A stretch of DNA of 64,000 nt from Isurus oxyrinchus. Lineage: Eukaryota. A program made the translations under genes and the position numbers. The stretch's first letter is position 1; every line of letters begins with the position of its first letter. Location of the stretch: the NCBI GenBank assembly GCA_026770705.1, contig JANJGN010000151.1:868001-932000 (forward strand), in the 5' to 3' direction. Below the pieces are notes generated by a model that did not search any database, was not told where the DNA came from, and saw only the letters and a list, made by a program, of their open reading frames with translations. Below, piece after piece: positions 1-14,096 of this stretch.

Positions 1-2484
1 TTACAACAATCGGTGATAGTGGTCGTGGTCAGCATTACTGATTTATAACCCAGAGTTGCTCTTTGAATGCGTGTCCCCAGAGCATTTCCCTGGGTCCCTG
101 GATTTCCAGTCCAGTGATACCAATTTGCCACCGTCTTTCCAAACATGGGTCACCTACATTCAATGCTGCATTTTGTCAGCTTTGATATCATCTCTTACGA
201 GTAACATTCAAATCGGTGGGTAATTCCTCGGAGGGGGATTACAGCCCCTTCTCCAAATATCTGTGAAATTAGAGCCGGATGCCCATGTTCATTGTTTGTA
301 CAGGACTCCAGTCTGTCATTGTGTTTTCCTCTCATATTCCCCTATTTCAAATGATTCCTTTCTCAGCCTCAGTGAAGATTAATCCCGGGTGATGGAACTC
401 CTTCTTTCAGAGAGAGCAATGACTGAGGCTCCGAGAGGCCGCTGCCCCCCTGCCTGACACTCATCAGCTTCATCACCTCTATAAAAGATTTTCACTGACC
501 TACACACTATATATTCATTGTCAAAAGTGTACAGATATCTTAGAATTCCCACCCCAACAGCCAAGGTTCATGACATCCCGGAAAAAGATAATGCCTTTTT
601 AGTGCCCAGATTGAAATACTGGTAATTATGTTCAGGTCCTGAATTTGAGGTGGAATCCACAATCTACTGATTCTGAAATCAGAGTCAAGTTGCTTCAGCT
701 ATGAAACTGCTGAAAGGTTTAAGATAGTCCATTGTGACTACAATTGTGCCATAGCATTCGTTAACGCAGTTGCTGTTAAGCTTTCCTTTGCTAATTTCAC
801 GAATAAGAACGTCAAGAGCATAATTATAGAACGTTTCATTAATAAAAAATCAGTTCAAATAATTCTGAAATGTCACAGCAAAGATGGAAAATATTCTTCT
901 CACCAGAACCATGTCCTCACTCTGAATAAAACTATCCAATTAGCTCCCCTCTCCACTTTCTCCAAAGGCCCACACATCTTTCACTTTCATGTATAAGTAC
1001 AATTTCCTTTTGAAAGTGAAGCTGATTATGCTTCCTTCTCCATACCAGGAAAGGTACTTCAGCTCATTACAACTCGCTGCATAAAAAAATCTAATTTACC
1101 TCTTTAGTATTTACGAAATGTCTGAACTCCGAGTGCTGTACCTATTATTCTTTCTGCCAGAAATATCAATATCTCACTAACAACTCTGTTAAAAGCCTTC
1201 ATAAATTTAAACACGTCCATTACATCATTCTTTCCCATTCTCTACTCTAGGCAAACCAGTCGCAGTTTCTCTAATCTCTTAACATAACCGAGGCCCCTCA
1301 TCCATGGTATAATTCTCGTAAACCTATTCTCGACCCACTCCAAGGCTAGGACCTGCTTCTGAAAGTGTGGATTCAAATAAACTCAATCATTCTTCTCCTT
1401 CAGATAATTTCGAATGATAAATGTTCTCTTAGAATTAAGCTGAGCAGTAATCTATGTAATACCAATATTGGTAACAATGTGATGTTGCTTTCTCCAAAGT
1501 GCTCAACAAAATTGGTTTCTCTATCATTCTGGTGTCAGTAGATCACTGTCGCCACCTGCTGACGAACAGCTTCTTCTATAGGCCCCGGAGTTTATCGGAG
1601 ATGGTTCAGAATTCTTTCCGCAACCACGTCCTCTTATTGATTGAAGTTCATGCACAGGAGTTTCTTAGAGCACATCACGAGGGGCAAGAGATCAAGAGGA
1701 GTTATATGCAGACGGACCAAAATCGTTATCATAAATTATGAGAAATATTCCATGGGAAAGTGAGCAGAAATGGAAAATGATAAACTGACACTGTCCTGAA
1801 TTTGGTTTCTTTTCCCGCATCACATCCTTTGCTCATTTGTGTTAAAGCTGCGAGGGCGGACTTTCATGCCCAGCTTTCGTTCACTCCCTGTTATCTATAG
1901 CCCACCCTATCCCTCGCCCTAGGGGGGTTTGAACCAGCTCCACGGTCAAAGCTCCCAGGAACTGTGCACAGCTGTAAGATGAATTACCGAAAAGCGCCAA
2001 TGCGTTTCTCCTTCAATTCTGTCCCGACACAAATTCAAAAATCTTACAGTTATGGTAATTTGAATATACAATTCCAGCACGAGAACTGATATGATAGGAT
2101 TTCATTCCTTAAGACAATCTTTGTCCAGAGTTTCAAATGTTTGCAAAAGTCCGGGAGCCACGTTTGTCCCTTTGGAGAATCAGTGCCGCAGAGTTATTGT
2201 GTTCCGCTCACTTCCGGCCACAAGGAGTAAAGGAAATTCCTGGCGTTTCGACAATTGACATGATGCGATGGGCACCGATGGCGAAAGGAGCAGGGGATCA
2301 AAAACAACATCCTTACGTCACGATAACAAAGTCTATTTCCCACCTACCCAAGAGCAGCAAAACCACGTGACTGGAACATTATCTCTGGCTGTTACATTAA
2401 CCGGCTGTTGACCCCGTTCAGGCGCTCTGTTCTCTGCTGATGTGAGCTCTGCTTCCTTTTCTTACTGATACTTGAATTGCAAGG

Positions 2485-2919
2485 ATGCATTACCCGGTAC
2501 AAATGAATCTACTCCCTGTCATTTTATTGCTGCTAACTTGTAAGTATAGGGGATATGTCTGTAACCTGTAGAGAGTGTCTGTTTATACTCACGTTGCTCT
2601 AATGTCTCATTGTCTGAATGTTTTTACAGGTCGATGTCGGTCGGAACAAATTTCCCAGTTTCCCACTGCGAGAACAGTCCAGAGCGGGGATTCGGTGCAA
2701 ATAAACTGCAGCTATGACATGTCCAGCACTTACGGAATGCACTGGTACAAACAGAAACCCGGTCAGGGACTGGAGTGGATAATGAAGCGAATATTGGATG
2801 GCGAAGAGAGAAAAGACCGATTCGATTTGGAACTTTCCACTGCAGACAAACGGGGCCAGTTGGTTATTGAGAAGACGGAGAGCGCGGATACTGCTGTGTA
2901 TTACTGTGCCATAGAGCCT
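2485..2919 (+). CDS. TCR alpha/delta V segment, apparently intact (leader 2485-2539, V exon 2630-2919)
   Basis: Leader MHYPVQMNLLPVILLLLT ends at a GTAAGT donor and the acceptor is TTTTACAG. The V exon has C23 (QINC), W41 (WYKQ) and DTAVYYC. 23-RSS at 2920-2958: CACACCG-23-ACAAAAACC. Confidence 0.92.
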
Positions 2920-3339
2920 CACACCGAGAGGAGAGGCGGCAGTTACTGAACAAAAACCTCCCTCCTGTTTACAGCCCCGGAACAGCTGCAGCGATCTCTC
3001 CAATCACAGGCAAGGCGGGTCGGAACGAGAGAAGCAAAAGGGAGGCTTTGAGCAGGGCTGCGGTGGGCTTCATAATATCCTTCAGATAGCGGCTTTGATG
3101 AGAGATTGTGACAGTCACAGCATAAAGGATCCGATAGCAGAAACAGTCACTCACTGTACGCGGTCTTCGTTGTGAGAAAATCTTCAGCATTGCTTAATTG
3201 TAGCATTATAATCAGTTGAGTCGATTCGGACATTTTACTGAATATGTGTGCATGTGATTCTGCTGTGTGACGGCTGATCCGAAATTTTAACAGTGATAAT
3301 TTTTGACTCTATCGCTCTTCAGTTTGGGAAATTATCTGT

Positions 3340-3610
3340 CAGGTCATACAAACATAAGAACAAATAGGAGGAGTAGGCCATTCAGCCCCTCATGCCTGCT
3401 CCGCCATTTAATAAGATCATGGATGATCTGATTTTAACCTGAAATCTGCACCCCATCTACCCTGATAAACTATCACCCCCTCCCTTACGAAGAATATATC
3501 CATATCTGTCTGAACATATTCAAGGTCTCTGCCTCCACCGCCTTTTCCGGAAGAGAGTTCCAAAGACTCACGATCCTCTGAGTGAAAAAAAAATCCCCCT
3601 CATCTCTGTT
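3340..3610 (-). mobile_element. CR1-type LINE 3' fragment
   Basis: Reverse of the CR1 3' end (ATAGGAG..TAGGCCATTCAGCCC, GAGAGTTCCAAAGACTCAC), similar to other copies in the window. Confidence 0.65.
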
Positions 3611-4687
3611 TCAGATCAGGTCCCTGGTTCACTGTACTGCTGATCTATCCAATGGCAAGAACAGACCAACGGAAGCAATACCCCAACAGCAAAATCGGGT
3701 CAGAGGACAGGTAAAAACGGAAGCTGTGGCCGGGGATGCCGCAGATTGAAAACTGAAAAAAGTGCGCCACGGTGATCAGCTGCAGCCGGAACTGATGGAG
3801 CGGAAATAGCGACGGTTGAATTTCCAGGAGACTGTGAGCATCCTGCACCTGTTCACACATCAGGTGACTGAGAACAAATAATGCGGGAGGGACAGGTGGG
3901 GGCCAGAATCAGACGAAGATACAGGGCAGAATAAAGACTCCGCTTATCGTATCTGCGTCTATTCGAAAGAGCCATACCAATCGTCTTTCGCAAGCCATAT
4001 TTTCTACGTTCGTTTCCTTTTTCTACTAATAAACAACTCCATATTGAAATTTACATTTGGATCCTCTTCCCGCATCATTTCAGGCACCGTATTCCAGACG
4101 GTAAAACGCACAATGTAATAAATAAAACAGATCTTTCCCTCAGTTTTTTCATGAAATCGAAATGATTTGGTTATTCAATCTTCTGATAATGGGAACAATT
4201 GCGATCTAATATGTCAAAAGGGCATAATTTTTAGCACATCAATTGAGTCTCTCTTCTACCTTCTTTGCTACGAGGACAAGAAACCAAATTTCCGTATCCT
4301 GTTCGCATAAACTTTCTTCGTCTCTGGTACCATTCTGATGTGCAGCGTCCGCACTTGCTCCAAAATCTAGACATTCCTTCTACTTAGTCACACCCATGAT
4401 TTGGGCAGAGAACTCCAGCAACGATTTCTCCAGATTTAACATCACGTTCCCACATAAACATCAGCAGCAAAAAAGACTTTGTCTGAACAGCTCCAATTTA
4501 CAGCTCCAATTTAGAGTTTTGGGATCATTCGTGCCTTGATGTGCATTTCAATAAACCTTGGGTCCAATCAACGGCCGCACCCGAACACGGATTGAGCCGA
4601 ATTCACCAGTGGACGGCGCCAAATTCAAGCATGGGCGTCACCAAGCCACGTGGTAGAAACAAAAAAGCCAATAGGGATGATTTCCTG

Positions 4688-4697
4688 AGTGATGTCA
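4688..4697 (+). promoter_or_regulatory. CRE-like TCR V promoter decamer AGTGATGTCA
   Basis: Matches the AGTGA(T/C)(G/A)TCA decamer known from TCR V promoters, about 125 bp upstream of the leader ATG at 4822. Confidence 0.5.
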
Positions 4698-4821
4698 CAA
4701 TGAGCCTGGCCACCTGCAGTGTGTGGGTGGAACAATGAGCTGAACAGACTCCGGGTTCCGTCCCTCCTTCTCAATCTCTGGCTCATTCCATTCACATTCA
4801 TCGGGAGGGATTCATTCGGAC

Positions 4822-5349
4822 ATGTTTCTGATAATACTGGCGGCACTGTTGGATAGTAAGTACTGGATTAAGTTAATCAAGGCAGATTAGTAGATTAATG
4901 TACAGCGATTGCGGTAGTATTTAAAACAATTAACGATTAGAAATATCCACATGATAGACAGCTGGGTAGATAGTAAGTTCCACAAAGTCACGGAGCCACA
5001 AACACTTTAGATCAACACTGTTTTACCGCTTGATATTTCATTCCTCTGCCTCACAGACGGATTCTGCGCTGATCCAGTAACTCAGTCCCCAGGCGCAATA
5101 ACGGTGTCAGAAGGGGTTTCGGTGCAGTTAGACTGTGAATTTACAGATCGGAATATGTACAACATGCAATGGTATCGGCAGCAGACGGCACGGCCACCAA
5201 GTTGGATTATTACCAATGCCTTAGCACAGAAGAAAATTGAAATTTCAGGACGATATCTGGCGGCTGCTGACAAGTCTCAAAAGAACGGTTACCTCAATAT
5301 AAGCGAATTGAGTGTGGAGGACGGGGCAGTGTATTACTGTGCAATGAGG
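4822..5349 (+). CDS. TCR alpha/delta V segment, apparently intact (leader 4822-4855, V exon 5057-5349)
   Basis: Leader MFLIILAALLD then GTAAG. V exon reads ADPVTQSPGAITVSEG..LDC..WYRQ..EDGAVYYCAMR. 23-RSS at 5350-5388: CACAGCG-23-ACAAAAACC. Confidence 0.92.
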
Positions 5350-5769
5350 CACAGCGTTTGATCGCAGCTAGAAGCCCGTACAAAAACCTCAGCGGTTATT
5401 GCTCCCGGGTTCCAGAGAAGGGAAACAGACAGGTCTCTTTACCGCAGGTTTATTGCCCTGTTTGTCCTTGTCCAAATCCACAGAGAAGCAGTTTTGGGAA
5501 ATATGTAAACTTATCTCCATGCCACCATTTATAGTGGAAATAGTTCCGAACTTATCCTGAATGTGGGTTTTCCAACAGAGGTAATGATGGGTGGATTGAT
5601 CATCTTATTCTACTTATTTAGACAAGCACTTTATTTAATTTACATTGTATATATCATTATGTTAACTTTATTCTTGCTTTGGAAGCTGTTCCTTTTCGCT
5701 GGGAAAAAATTCAGAAATTGGTTTCTCGAGAACGCAAGAACAACGATTTTGCGTCAACATAACTCTACT

Positions 5770-6003
5770 TTCTCTGCACATGAACTTATATTCTTGAACC
5801 GGCAACTCTCCAGTAGAGCTCCCGAGTATTTCTTCCTCGTATTCACTGATGAAAGAGTTGACGGAAGATTTGAAGTATCTGCGGACCGTGGGAAAGGCTC
5901 TACTACTCTCACTGTTCACTCAGTTCAGTTCTCCGATGGTGCCGTTTAGTACAGTTCGGTGAAGCAGGGGGAGGCAAAGAGTTGAGGAAACTGTACCAGA
6001 ACT
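5770..6003 (+). pseudogene. Degenerate TCR V relic (FR2-FR3) with decayed 23-RSS
   Basis: RQLSSRAPEYFF..DGRFEVSADRGKGSTTLTVHSVQFSDGAV*YS, followed by CAGGGGG-23-ACCAGAACT. Confidence 0.65.
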
Positions 6004-6189
6004 ACTCGACATGGGGACTGGGGACACAGTCAGGACATGGGCTTTAAAAACGAGATCGATACAATTCAATTCTGCAAAGAAAAAGCAGCTCATCATCCGA
6101 GTGATTTAATGGAATGAAAATATTTTTATTTGTAATAACATAACATACAGATTATCTCTTTGTACAAAATAAATCTCACTTGGAAAGGA

Positions 6190-6500
6190 TCTTTCCTCTT
6201 GTAGGCGAATCTAGAACTTGGGGTCACTTAAAATAATGGGTCGCCCATTTAAGACAGAGATGAGAAGATTTTTATCTGTCAAAAAAGTAGTGAGTCTTTG
6301 GAACTCCCTTCCTCAAAGGGCAGGGGTAGCAGTGGCTTTGATTGCTTTCAAGGCAGAGGTAGATCAGTTTTTGATAAACAAGGGAGTGGAAGGTAACCGG
6401 GGTTAGGTGGGAGGTTACAGTCAGATCAGCCTTCACCTTATTTAATAGCGGAGTAGGCTCTAAGGGCAAATTACTCCTGCTCCTATTTCCTATGTTTGCA
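6190..6500 (+). mobile_element. CR1-type LINE 3' fragment
   Basis: Encodes SLKIMGRPFKTEMRRF..VVSLWNSLPQ, the typical CR1 ORF2 C-terminus. Confidence 0.8.
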
Positions 6501-7132
6501 GATGCTTGCCATCCTGAAATTTGATTGATTTTCTACTTTGATGATTAAGGTGCTCGCAAGACTTATATTCTTCCACAATGAACAATCACAACCTCATCAG
6601 TTGCGGATTTAAGAATTCATGAACCAGAATTTCATCTACTTATGCAAATGAACACGTACTTTCTTAATGACGTAGGCAAGTCAGAAAACGGAGGTAAATA
6701 ATCTCGGGCTGAATATTAAATAGTAAAAGTAGCAGAAGCAAAAGAATGGAAATAGAGAAGTAATAATAAAATCAGAGCCATAAAAACCATAATAACGTGG
6801 CAGAATAATCATGCAGCAATATTCGAGAATAATTTGAGAGTCGTTGTTTTACAGGCAAGATTCCACGAGTTGGCACTCCAAGATCTTATCTTTGGAGAAA
6901 ACTTAGCAAGCCGTCAGTTCACTACTCTGACAGGTGACAGCTGGGGATTACAGGAAATATTTAGGTGCCGTGACACGTTACTGTAAACAATAGTGCATAT
7001 AGGGCAAGAATCAATAGATTAAGTCCCGACTTAGAGTTGGAGCCGTATAAATCATTATATTTCATGGTCCAATTTCACTGCACAGTCCGAAATAAAATGT
7101 TACCAAAATGAGAGACAGAGAGAGAGGCAGGC

Positions 7133-7173
<41 letters not shown>

Positions 7174-10060
7174 TAGACCGAGAGAGAGAGAGATCAGTCC
7201 ATTTTTCCGTGACCGAATATTTTGGTCACTATTGGCCATAGCTTCAAAGTATCTGGAAAATACTTGGACACTCAAATCCCTTCAGTCCACTACAAAGGTC
7301 AGAGAGTTAAACATTCCCACTGCCCTCTGTGTAAACAATATTACTAACATCACAACAGCGACTAGACTGGAAAGGTACTTCCTTAGGTTGGAAAGTGGTT
7401 ACTGACACCCTGAGTCTGTGAAAGGCGATTTCTCTTTTCGAGTGATGTTTGATTCCAGGTGTAAAAATTTAATGCCCCCAATGTTTCCATGATGTCCAGT
7501 AAAGTTTAATTTTCCGAATTCCCTTCTCTTTAATTCAATCCTTTTCCCTGGATTGTGTTGATGAAGGGTCAAGACGTCCTGGGATTATCAGGATTCTGTC
7601 TCCGGTATTTTCACAGATTCTGTCCACTCGACGGGACACTGTTAATGTGTCGGAAACGACAATCCGGGAATTTACTAAGGAGCCCCTGACGGAAACTGGC
7701 TTCCTGTTCAGAGAGCCCCAGTGATCGAGGCGCCGAGAGGCCACTGCGACCCGTATGTCAATCAACAACCTGATCACCGCTATGAAAGTCTTATACTCAT
7801 GTACCTGATCGTGTATATATAAATTATGCATTCACTTTCAGGAAGCTGCACATGCATAACAACACAAAGGCCATTCTGCAAACACTACATCTCAGCCGCA
7901 GATTCAGATATTCGCCCTATCGCCTCTGAACAAGACGTTTCAGGTTTCCGTCCATTTCTCGAGGCAGAGTCTATACTGATACTTCAGTTCAGTCCTCAGG
8001 GAATGGTACACCGTTAGAGGGGCCGGCTTTCGGATGAAATGTTAAATCGAGGACACCGTCTATCCCTTCAGGTGGACATAATTGATCACATGAGCGCTAT
8101 TTTGGAGGAAGAAATTGGCTATTGGCCCGGACAATATTTCTCCAACAATCACCGTAACTGAAATGGTTGTAGTTGTTGAATGTCAGCCATCTCAGCTCCA
8201 GGACAAGCAGTGGTAGATCGATTTTTGATAAGCAAGAGAGTGGAAGGTAACAGGGGATAGCTGGGACGTTACAGTCAGATCAGCCATGAACTTATTGAAT
8301 GGCGGAGCAGGCCTGAAGGGCCAACAGGCCTACTCCTTCTCCTATTTCCCATGTTCGTATATATTTGGCATCCTGAATTTTGGATGATACGGGTACTCGC
8401 AAGCTTTACTTTCTTCCGAACTGAACAATCATAACCTCATCAGTTGCGGATTTAAGAATTCATGAACAAGAAATTCATCTATGCAAGTGAACACGGACTG
8501 TCTTAATGACGTAGGCACGTCGGAAAATTGAGGTAATTAATCGAGGACTGAAAATTAAATAGTAAAAGTAGCAGAAGCAAAAGAATGGAAAGGCAGAAGC
8601 TACAGTGATAATACAACTAAAGCCATAAAAAAATAATGTGGCAGAATAATCATGCAGCAATTTTCGAGAATAAATTAAGAGCCGTTCTTTTACAGACAGA
8701 TTTCCACTAGATGGCGCTCCGTAACCTTATCTTCGGAGAAAACTTACCAAGCGCTCATTTCACCGCTCTGACAGGTGACAGCTGGGGATTATAGGAAACG
8801 TTTTGGCGTCGTGACACGTTACTGTAAACAATAGTGTAAATAGGGCAAGAATCAATAAATTAGTTACACAAGATACTGAGAGATGGAGCCCTATAAATCA
8901 TTGTATTTCATGGTCCAAATTCACTGCGTAGTCCGAAGTAANNNNNNNNNNNNNNNNNNNNNNNNNNNNNNNNNNNNNNNNNNNNNNNNNNNNNNNNNNN
9001 NNNNNNNNNNNNNNNNNNNNNNNNNNNNNNNNNNNNNNNNNNNNNNNNNNNNNNNNNNNNNNNNNNNNNNNNNNCTGACCGAATATTTTGGTTACTATTG
9101 GCCACAGCTTCAAAGTATCCGGAAAATACCTGGACACTCAAATCCCTTCACACCACAACAAGGGCCAGAGTGACAACCTTTTCTGGCAGAGAATTAAACA
9201 TTCCCACTGCCGTCTGTGTGAACAAAATTTCTCACATCACAGCAGCGACTACACTGAAAAGGTACCTCATTGGGTTGGAAAGTGCTTACCGACACCATGA
9301 GTCCATGAAAGGCGATTTCTCTTTCTGAGTGATCTTTGATTCCAGGGGTAAAATTTAATGGCCACCTGCTATCAGGGGGACCAGTAAAGTTTATTTATTT
9401 ACATTTCCTTCTCTTTATTTCAATCGTTTTTCCTAACTTGTGTTATTGAGGGATCACCACGTCATGGGATTACCAGGATACTGTTTCCTTTCTGTTCACA
9501 GACTCTCCGCTCAACGGGACATCCTACTCTGTCGGAAGCAACAGTCTGGCAATTTACTGAGGAACCCCTGACGGAAACTGGCTTCCTGTTCTAGGAAGGC
9601 CAGTGATCGAGGCACTGAGAGACGACTGCACCCCGTATAGATGATTTGTACTCATTTACCTGACCGTGTATATATAAACTATATATTCATTTGCAGGAAG
9701 GTGCAATTGCATAACTTTACAAAGGCCATTCTGCAAACACTAATGTCAGCCGGGGCTCAGTTATTCACCCTATCGCCTCGAAACAAGGCGTTTTAGGATC
9801 CTGTCCCTCTCCGGAAACTTGACCCTCAGGATCTATGCCGATATTTCAGTCCTCGGGGAAATAGGCATCGCCAGAGAGACTGGCTTTCAGATGAGATGTT
9901 AAATCGAGGGCACCGCCTAACCTCCCAGGTGGACATGATAGATCACATGAGCATTATTTTGAAGAAGAGAATGGGAATTGTCCTGAACAATATTTCTCCA
10001 CCAATGATCGTCACTGGATCTATTGTGGTTGTTGAAGGTCAATCACCTCAGCTCCAGGAT
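6357..10060 (+). repeat. Tandem duplication of a ~1.85 kb unit (about 6357-8205 and 8212-10060)
   Basis: Colinear similarity from GGTAGATC..TTTTTGATAA through CTCAGCTCCAGGA in both copies. Confidence 0.85.
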
Positions 10061-10615
10061 ATCACTGCAGGAGTTCCTCAGAATAATGTCCTCGGCCCAA
10101 CCACCTTCAGCTGCTTCATGAATGACCTTCCTTCCATCATAAGGTCAGAAGTGGGGATATTTTGTGGATAATTGCACAATGTTCAACACATTTCGCGACT
10201 CCTCAGATACTAAAGCAGTTCATGCCCATGTGCAGCAAGATCTGGACAACATCAGGCTTGAGCTGACAAGGGGCAGATAGCATTCAAGCCGCACAAGTGC
10301 CAGGCAATGAACATCTCCAACAAAACAGAATCTAACCATCGTCCCTTGACATTCAATGGCATTACCATCACTGAATCCCAAACTGTCACCACACTGGGGG
10401 TTATCATTGACAAGAAACTGAACTGGCCTAGGCATATAAATACTGTGGCTACAAGACCAGTTTGGAGGTTAGGAATCCTGTGGCGAGCAACTCACCTCCT
10501 CACTACCCAAAGCCTGTCCACCGTCTACAAGGCACAAGTCAGGGGTTTGATGGAATATTCTCCACTTTCCCGGATGAGTGCAGTTCTCACGGCACTCAAG
10601 AAGCTTGACACACAC
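10010..10615 (+). mobile_element. Non-LTR retrotransposon RT fragment (CR1/L2-like shark LINE)
   Basis: GVPQNNVLGPTTFSCFMNDLP and TVYKAQVRGLMEYSPL motifs. Confidence 0.85.
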
Positions 10616-12921
10616 CGACGTCCATGAGACCGCCCCCACACCTCGCCTGCACCAAAGTGGGTCAGCCCCACACTTTATCCTGAATGTTTAAAACATGAAC
10701 AATATTCCAGTGAGAATGCATGAAATTCCCTCCTTCCAGCGCCGCCTCCACCATCACCATTGTACATCGGCTCAGTACCTGTTTGGCCTCAATGGTTAAA
10801 AACCTGAGATATTTCCCTGTGAAGATCAACGAATGAGGCCCCCATGCCGTCTTCTCTCACTAGTTAAAGATTTCAATCATTGAGCTGTGACAGGCGAATA
10901 GCACCTGGTCTATGGAGTAGCTCTGTGTCTGTCTGCAGCTTTGAGACACGTACAGAATGTGGAACATGAAACTGAGACTAGGAACGATGGGTGATGCAGA
11001 GTGAGTTTGAATAAAATGAGACCCAGTACGGTGCATGTGCAGAGAAACAGCAACAGAGGGACATAGGTGAAGGTGAGATTGAACACATTGAGTGGTAAAG
11101 AGACACATCAACAGAGAGAGATGCAAAATGCTGAGGTGAGGACAGTTAGTGATATAAAGAGCGAACAGCAGAATAATATCGATGTGGATATGTGTTGATA
11201 AATATAAATGCACAGAAAGTAATTGGTTGATAATTACTGTTCTCCCACATGACCCTTGGTGCCGTGAACTGCGGTAAAGCGATCATCACAGCTCTGTGTA
11301 ATAATAATAGATGAAAGAGACAAACACTGACTGAAGATCTGGGGCACGCGCACAATCTGTAGTGACACCAGGAAACATGGGAATTCATGAAACCTGCTGG
11401 TTTTAATAAGGAAAATAGGAATGACGCTGGAGGAAACAATGGGAAACAAAGGCAAAAAATAACAAACAGCAATGTAGATGGAGGTTTATTATTCCATATA
11501 TTATACTGTTTCAGGCCGTGGCAGAGCAGAGCTTACCTCTTTAATAGAACCTGACTTGTGAGTGTAACAGCCCATAGCATGAGAGAGACTAGCCAGGGTT
11601 TCCTGTCCGCTGTGTGCTCATTCTGCCTCTGAGGTTTGGCAGAAAAGGACAAAGGTAAAGGGCTCTTTATTCTGATGCGACAATGGATGACGCAATGGCT
11701 CCTTCACTGAGGGGCCTTGAGTTCAAACCCAGGACTGCCGAAGAAACCCTGTCAGGGAAAGGGGAAAAAACATGTTATTGGGAAAATGCAGCGGTGTGGA
11801 GGAGCCTTGGAGAAAATCATTCATCAAAGTCCAAATTAATTCATCGTCATTCAACATTTGTTCGCAATTTCACAAAGAATATTTTAGAGTATTTTTCTAA
11901 TAATTGACAGAAAGTGTTTATAACAACTGGACATCACCTTGAGAAAAAAAATACATGGGAACAGAGAAAAGTGGGGTTTAGTGTAGAGAGAAGAGAACAA
12001 TTGAGTGCAAAACAAGGAACACTTTAATGCTAGACATCTGGAATATTCAAACAACTGTGAAAATCTAAGATATATTTATATTACAGCCAGAATCACCTCA
12101 CACACTTCAAATCGCATTTATCTGTTTCCTCTGTTAACTGAAGACATTTTACTTTGAGAATTGTCAAGAGGACATATTTTATATTCATACCATAGTGATC
12201 TTAATAAACGGGTGTGGAAAATCCACGGCGTTGGCCATTCAACAGGTCATATGATAAAGGGCTGAACCAAAGTTTTATGACGTGAGGAATTTATCTAGGC
12301 CTTACTGTCCACGAGACGTTTGTAGATTTTTCCAACCGCTTCAGCCAGATTTAAATGTGAATGGATTGAATCTTCTCACTTTCACCAGAGTGACGGCAGC
12401 GCTGTGGAAAATAGTGAAGAGGAACGGGATGATAAATTTAGAAGCGGTTATTCAGGTGTTGTTGCTCTCTTCTTCGTTGTCTTCAATCCAAATGTAGTCT
12501 GAGAAATCTACGAGAGTGTAGAGGAGAAAAGCTAATCAGATGGGTTAATAACCCGGGCACAATATTAGTGTAGATTCTCTTTTCGCCTCCTGAAGGTACA
12601 TGTTTCTTCTCTACTTTACTTTTCAATGTGCTTCTTGTAGTATGTTAATCACTCTGAACAATTTCTCTGTTTCTATCTCCACTGCTGCTCTTCCTGAATG
12701 ATCCTCTAAGTCACACTGAAATATTGAATTCTGATACTAATCACTGGCAAGGCGCGTGAGTGAAAGGTTTGGGAGATTGTGAAATAGATACAAAACTGTG
12801 GAGGAAAGATGCGCTCCGAGATGGGTGCTGCCAGTTTCGGATCTGGGTTTAATATACGACTAGAAGGATGAAAATATTTAGAATAATCTGTTATTTCCTG
12901 TCGAATTCTAAACCAGACACT

Positions 12922-13381
12922 ATGAATTCCCCCATGTTCCTTCCTGATGAAACTGGCCTTACTGCCTGGTGAATCTATGTTTAATTAGTGTGTTATCCAG
13001 GCGTTGTATTGACCCTCTGAGTTTGAAGCATTCTGGATTTGTGCTACAGCAACAATTAGCGATGATCCAGTGTTCCAGGATCCTTCTGAGTTAATGCTTC
13101 GGGAAAGGCAGACTTTCGGTACTCGACAAACTAACTTGCTCCCACTCTGTTCCAGTATATTCAGTGTCCCGGGGAAGTTCTAAGATATTACTGAAGATAT
13201 ATAACTTGGGGAATGAAGCGAGGTCTCCAAACTTACCAAACAGGTTATTTGCTGATTTTCACAATGGAAACAAAACGTTTCCTCTAACTATCGCAAGGGT
13301 GATTCTCGCCAAGAGCGTGGTGTATTTCTATGCTATGAACCGACATTGTTGCAGAGATATAGCGGATCCCATGCTGAAACC
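12922..13381 (+). pseudogene. TCR V pseudogene, 24-spacer clade (leader 12922-12968, V 13050-13341)
   Basis: Leader and donor present. V has an internal deletion and VVYFYAM (C104 lost). RSS GACATTG-24-GCTGAAACC. Paralog of 60666-61131. Confidence 0.75.
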
Positions 13382-13593
13382 CTCACTGGGAGTTCAACTG
13401 TGATCTCGCATCGATAAAGAGAAACAATAATTCAATCACCGCAAAGAGAGTCAAAGGGACATTCCTGAAAGATCCGAGGTTAATGTAGTTTCCTCTCGGT
13501 TTGTGTTTGAGAGGCCGACAAGCTGACACTGCATCTGCCCGAGATTCTCTACAAACCCCAACAGACAGGAGCCCTTATTCACAGTGCCAAGGC

Positions 13594-14096
13594 AGTTTTT
13601 GCACAGGGGTGACACTGCTTTCCATCACTGTGAGTCTGAGAGCGCAGTAATACACGGCAGCGTCAGTCAGCTACAGACCAGAGATGGTTAAACTGGTGAA
13701 GTTATTCGAGGTCTGGAGCTCTGCAGAGAAACGGGTCTTAGAAAAATCTGCTTTATCTTCACCACCGCTCGAGTGTTTTCACAATATAAACTCAGGCCGT
13801 GAGTTTGGATGGTGCCGGCACCAGAAAAAATAATAGTTGCTCATTGTCTCATAGGTACAGTTTAAAGTCACCGCTTCTCCTTCTGCCTTTCCCTCTGAGG
13901 ACAGCGGCTGAATGACATAATCTCCACGACTCAGATCTGTACAACATGTTCAAACAGAAAATGGTCGGACCGAGAACTGTTTAAAATTCACGTTTACGGC
14001 ATTTTTTGACAAATAGGGGAAAATAGTAAATATGTCTGGCTCATATTTACCTGTCAGAAATGCTTCCCACACAACCCAGATGCTGAGTAGCCGCAT
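13594..14096 (-). pseudogene. TCR V(delta-like) pseudogene (leader 14096-14051, V 13936-13633)
   Basis: Leader MRLLSIWVVWEAFLT. V reads GDYVIQPLSSEGKAEGEAVTLNC..AAVYYCALR with two in-frame stops (TGA, TAG). RSS CACAGTG-23-GCAAAAACT. Confidence 0.92.

Noticed and set aside
291-470. RSS-like CACAATG..ACAAACAAT on the minus strand with a SITRD peptide upstream
   Set aside because: The spacer is 17 nt and there is no YYC or W motif; too decayed to call.
1514-1650. Minus-strand GACAGTG-21-AGAGAAACC RSS-like motif
   Set aside because: Wrong spacer, non-CAC heptamer and no convincing V frame.
2630-2919. V with WYKQKPGQGLEWI as an Ig-VH-like (TAILV) segment
   Set aside because: The W-to-C spacing (55 aa) and the FR1/FR3 pattern fit a TCR V-alpha; only FR2 looks VH-like. 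A phylogeny would be needed.
7600-7760. GIY*GA / AIY*GT plus CCCAGTG in both tandem units as a V relic
   Set aside because: No nonamer and no other V hallmarks.
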